Source: Lingula anatina (Eukaryota > Animalia > Brachiopoda). From it: DNA of 64,000 nucleotides. The position numbers were made by a program, and so were the translations under genes. Each line of letters begins with the position of its first letter. Position 1 is the first letter of the stretch. Location of the stretch: positions 10,788,001-10,852,000 of the forward strand of contig CM120643.1 of NCBI GenBank assembly GCA_051362555.1, in the 5' to 3' direction. Below, piece by piece: positions 60,302-64,000 of the stretch. The notes beneath the pieces are model-generated. The model was not told the origin of the DNA, ran no database searches, and saw nothing but the letters and a program-made list of their open reading frames with translations.

Positions 60302-61828
60302 ATGACATCTCAAGCCACTACACTTCGGTCACTTGGTCGAGTAGAAAACGGCATGTTTGTCTTGCACGAGTACGGCAACACAACCAACGTGTTCAGCGTG
60401 TGGATCAACACGAAGACTCACGTGCCAGATGACACATGGGAGCGCTCTCTGATTCTGCTTCAGAAGAATTTTCCAACGCTAAGACTACGAGTAGTGCAGC
60501 AAGAGGGCAAAAGGCATTTCACGTTTATGGACGATCCTCATGTTGACTTCGAAGCTCAAAATTTGAGCAAACATGACGACTGGAAGGATCTTTATGAGAA
60601 CTTGCTGCAAGTAAGGTTTGATACTGACAACGGACCTCTGTGGAAGGCCAGGTTTTTGCGTCTACCTCATTCATCGGGCAAGAACGAAGGCGGTGAGGAC
60701 AGTGAGTTTGGGCATGCCAATATCCTTATGTTCGTTTTCAATCACTGTATTACAGATGGGAAGTCAAACATCATCATGCTCTCTCGCCTTGTCTATATTC
60801 TCAACGCTGTTATAGGAGGGGAGGCAGTAGAAGAAAACGATATCACTACCCTAAAAGCAACGACAGAGCATCTTATTCCAAAAGAAAATCTAAAGCTCCG
60901 TTTGAAGGATGCCAAAGAAATTGGGAGAGAAATCTACAACAATATATTCCCCAGTGAAAATTTATTTCTGAAAAAGTTCCCAGCACCTCAACTTCACGAA
61001 GAAGACACAGGGCGCACCAGGGTGGTTCCTTTGAAGTTGTCAGTGATTGAGACAGAGAACCTCTTGGCGAAGTGCAAAGAACACCGTTCAACTGTAAACG
61101 GCATCTTCGTATCGGCGGCCAGCATTGCAATGTCGCGATTGATAAACGAAGGATCCACGCCGCGTCCAATGAACTTCAATACGATGACCTCCGTTACCTT
61201 TCGCCGTTATATACCAATGTATATGGGCAACGTCCTGGGATGTTTTATAGGTCCCCACCGCCTTCCTTTGTCCATCCCAGCTGACACAAGTGACCAGCTT
61301 TGGCCACAGGCTAAACAGATCACCAAGACCTTCCACGACGCTCTGGATCATGATCGCGTTCTGCAAGAGTATCGCGTGCTCAGCAGTTTAGCCTTCGAAA
61401 AAGGCATCAGAATGGCAATGGCGTCCAAGGTTTGCGATCACGATTTTGAAACGTCCAACAATGGCGACTACGACCTAGATTTTCCGGCGGAGGATAAGCA
61501 CGTGAAGGTCACCAAGATCGTCAGTTCTACGGCCATGCAGGACCTCCACACGCCCTGCATTCATTACCTCCGGAAGTTTCGGGGGCAGTTTTTGTATAAC
61601 CTTGACTACGCTACCAACTGGATGTCCGACAAAAATGCACACAGGTTAGCAAACTTGACCGTCCAACTGATGAAAGAAGCTTCTAGAAGAAATATGAGCA
61701 CTTCGGCCGGTTTGGCGGCAGAACACTCTGCGCGTGCATCACGTGCTACTAGAAGCATGTCTTCTTCGTCTGTCCCTTATGTACGCGGGTTAATACGCAT
61801 GGGTCAAATTCTGCGTTTCGCACGTTAA
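60302..61828 (+). CDS. CoA-dependent acyltransferase / condensation-fold protein (alcohol acetyltransferase/PapA5-like), ~508 aa, intronless CDS
   Basis: Long ORF 60182..61828; splice acceptor ttttcag ending at 60274, then ATG at 60302. Motifs RSLGRVE, FPTLRLRV, FDTDNGPLW, catalytic-type NHCITDG (HxxxDG) and CKEHRSTVNG. Confidence 0.85.
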   Translation: MTSQATTLRSLGRVENGMFVLHEYGNTTNVFSVWINTKTHVPDDTWERSLILLQKNFPTLRLRVVQQEGKRHFTFMDDPHVDFEAQNLSKHDDWKDLYENLLQVRFDTDNGPLWKARFLRLPHSSGKNEGGEDSEFGHANILMFVFNHCITDGKSNIIMLSRLVYILNAVIGGEAVEENDITTLKATTEHLIPKENLKLRLKDAKEIGREIYNNIFPSENLFLKKFPAPQLHEEDTGRTRVVPLKLSVIETENLLAKCKEHRSTVNGIFVSAASIAMSRLINEGSTPRPMNFNTMTSVTFRRYIPMYMGNVLGCFIGPHRLPLSIPADTSDQLWPQAKQITKTFHDALDHDRVLQEYRVLSSLAFEKGIRMAMASKVCDHDFETSNNGDYDLDFPAEDKHVKVTKIVSSTAMQDLHTPCIHYLRKFRGQFLYNLDYATNWMSDKNAHRLANLTVQLMKEASRRNMSTSAGLAAEHSARASRATRSMSSSSVPYVRGLIRMGQILRFAR

Positions 61829-61898
61829 GTCAGTGTACGCATTTTTTTGAACTTGAGAGACTGAGATGTTCATGTTTCCAAAATAAAGAATTGTTACC

Positions 61899-61905
<7 letters not shown>

Positions 61906-61948
<43 letters not shown>
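61906..61948. repeat. (TA)n microsatellite
   Basis: Direct reading. Confidence 0.9.
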
Positions 61949-61951
<3 letters not shown>

Positions 61952-63683
61952 AGTGAGAGACTTAGTTCAAGCGTGAGATCACGTTTTCATAGAGAGCTAG
62001 TCATGCCCTGGATTTGTATAAATTTGCATAAATGACATGGTTTATAATATGGGATTCCCATTGATCTTTTATATGAGTGTACCACGTTTGAGCCACTTGG
62101 CTTATCTGAAGCCAAAGCTTTGAAGGGCGGAAGTCCAAGTGTGATTTATATATTTTTTAAAGTTATGATTATTAACCTCAAATAACTTTCTTTATATAAA
62201 CAACAAACAAATAGAATACCTAGAGCTTTTGACAATAACGAGCATTTTGTGATTAAATTTCCCTCTGGTTATAGCATTTTTAAAAGCACATTGTACGTTA
62301 AAGGGACTGTTAGGTTTTATTATCATCTAAATACCGAAAATGAATTTTTTACTGCATCTACATATGTAATAATGCATCAACCTTTGTGCCGATTTAAAAT
62401 GATAACAATCCACTTGGAATATATATAATATCAGCGCTTATTTTTCTTGATGCTATGAAAAGCTTTTATCCTCACTTAAATACACCTTTCTATTTTGATG
62501 TGAGATAGCAATCGATTTTAGGCGTAACATCATCACTAAACAAGATTTTCTGGCGAAAATTGGCATAGTTGGCAACTAGTCTATGGGCTTTATTTTAGTG
62601 TCGTCATTTTGGTTTAAACGGTTTTTGTTATACAGTAATGAGCCTCTAATTACAGATTTTCATTAAACAAAGGCATTATTTTGCTTTGTCAATAATAAAA
62701 TCTAATATAAAGCTTAAAAATCGCTGGCAGGGTTTTGAAGTACTAAATGGTGTCATTAAATTGGCATTTAAACGGTGTCCGTGGGTGCTCAGGTAAAGGA
62801 GAAATTTGAGAAACCGGTTTTTCATTTTTATCTCAAAATCGCAATTATGACGTCACCCGTAAGATGACGTGTGTAAATGTTAATTGTCAATGAAAAATGA
62901 AGATTTATCAAAAGAATGTATATAAGGCAGTAAATAAGGAGTTTTTTGACAAACGCTTATAGTATCCTTAATACCCACACTACAACGATTCCGTTTAACT
63001 TCTCTTATCTGACTACATCATACTTCCATGAGGACCTTAGCTGCTGTCCGACATGTATTATGAGTCGAGTGTAGTCACTTGCTTAAATTTAATTGTTTAT
63101 CCTAATGAGAAACTGTTAAAATGACCAATTAAAGTGAATGCCTTTTTGGCAGTTTTACAGGGGGCAGCTATTTAAATGTTTTAATTAAATCATTGTTCAG
63201 ATTTCTTTGTCCAAATGTGCAATTACAAAAAAAATACACAAAGTATAGCAGTGGTATCATTTAGGGGAAGTTCACAAACATTTAAGGCGTACCATCCAAC
63301 AATGGGGGTCACAGTATATAACAACGCGTCAACATGGCATAAATTTATAATTAACTTGTATTGTTTTTACATAAGATTTAATCAATGATTTTTTGTAACT
63401 TAATTTCGTTTGATTTTTCATTCAACTTTAATACAAGAAACTTTCAAACGTTTCCATTGAAATTCTAGGATATCTATACAAAACCCGCTTCTGCAAGAGA
63501 ATTTAGAATAAAGTTCAGCATTTTTTATTAAATAGCACAAGAGGTGCAAGAATTTCAGCTGGATGCTCAGTTAGGTCTGGAAGTTATGCTTATCGAACAT
63601 CTCGACGGATGAACATTTACACATTAAATAATTTTTAAAAATTTAAGTCTCTCTCTCTCTTGCTCACTTGCTCCGACCCCTTA

Positions 63684-63716
<33 letters not shown>

Positions 63717-64000
63717 GATCAGGGCCAGACATCATGCCAGACCCCTATCACATAAATATGATAACAATGGCAAACATTGCCCCGCTTAAGTAGGCCTGTT
63801 CTCGACGTTATCAGTCTCACCTGTTTCACACCCACCGAGCCAATGATCCTGGAGTGTTTGCCGTGGTGACCTTATTTCCGCAAAACGTCTAGGTGCCTGG
63901 GACCTAGACTGGACAACGATCTCTTTAAGGTGAGAACAATTTTAAAAGTTAGGTTAATTTTGACATGTAGAAGCAGTATCACGACCATTCAAGGTTTCGC

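Overview
AT-rich, intron-containing animal DNA (an invertebrate; the repeat types resemble those of molluscs, but the taxon cannot be fixed from this window). I assembled four protein-coding genes by hand from splice signals and reading-frame continuity. (1) Minus strand, 11384->1679: a 6-exon gene for a ~1869-aa collagen-like protein with a signal peptide, ~510 apparently uninterrupted Gly-X-Y triplets (rich in Gly-Pro-Thr and GDKGMKGD) in one 4.7-kb exon, a GPFGTT/K hexapeptide stalk, a C-terminal transmembrane helix and a short tail ending -SLV. This implies a giant type I membrane-anchored collagen, the most unusual object here. (2) Minus strand, 51123->20540: SAMHD1 (16 coding exons, ~615 aa). 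(3) Plus strand, 51560->57681: TRIP13/PCH2 (11 exons, 429 aa, one GC-AG intron), head-to-head with SAMHD1 across a 436-bp spacer carrying a TCTCGCGAGA palindrome. (4) Plus strand, 60302->61828: a CoA-dependent acyltransferase/condensation-fold protein (HxxxDG motif) with an intronless CDS. Introns and intergenic DNA hold many, often nested, transposon relics: L2/CR1-, Tx1/L1-, Vingi- and Penelope-like retroelements, and Harbinger-, Kolobok-, hAT-, Mutator- and Helentron-like DNA elements. All family assignments come from motif recognition, not database searches.
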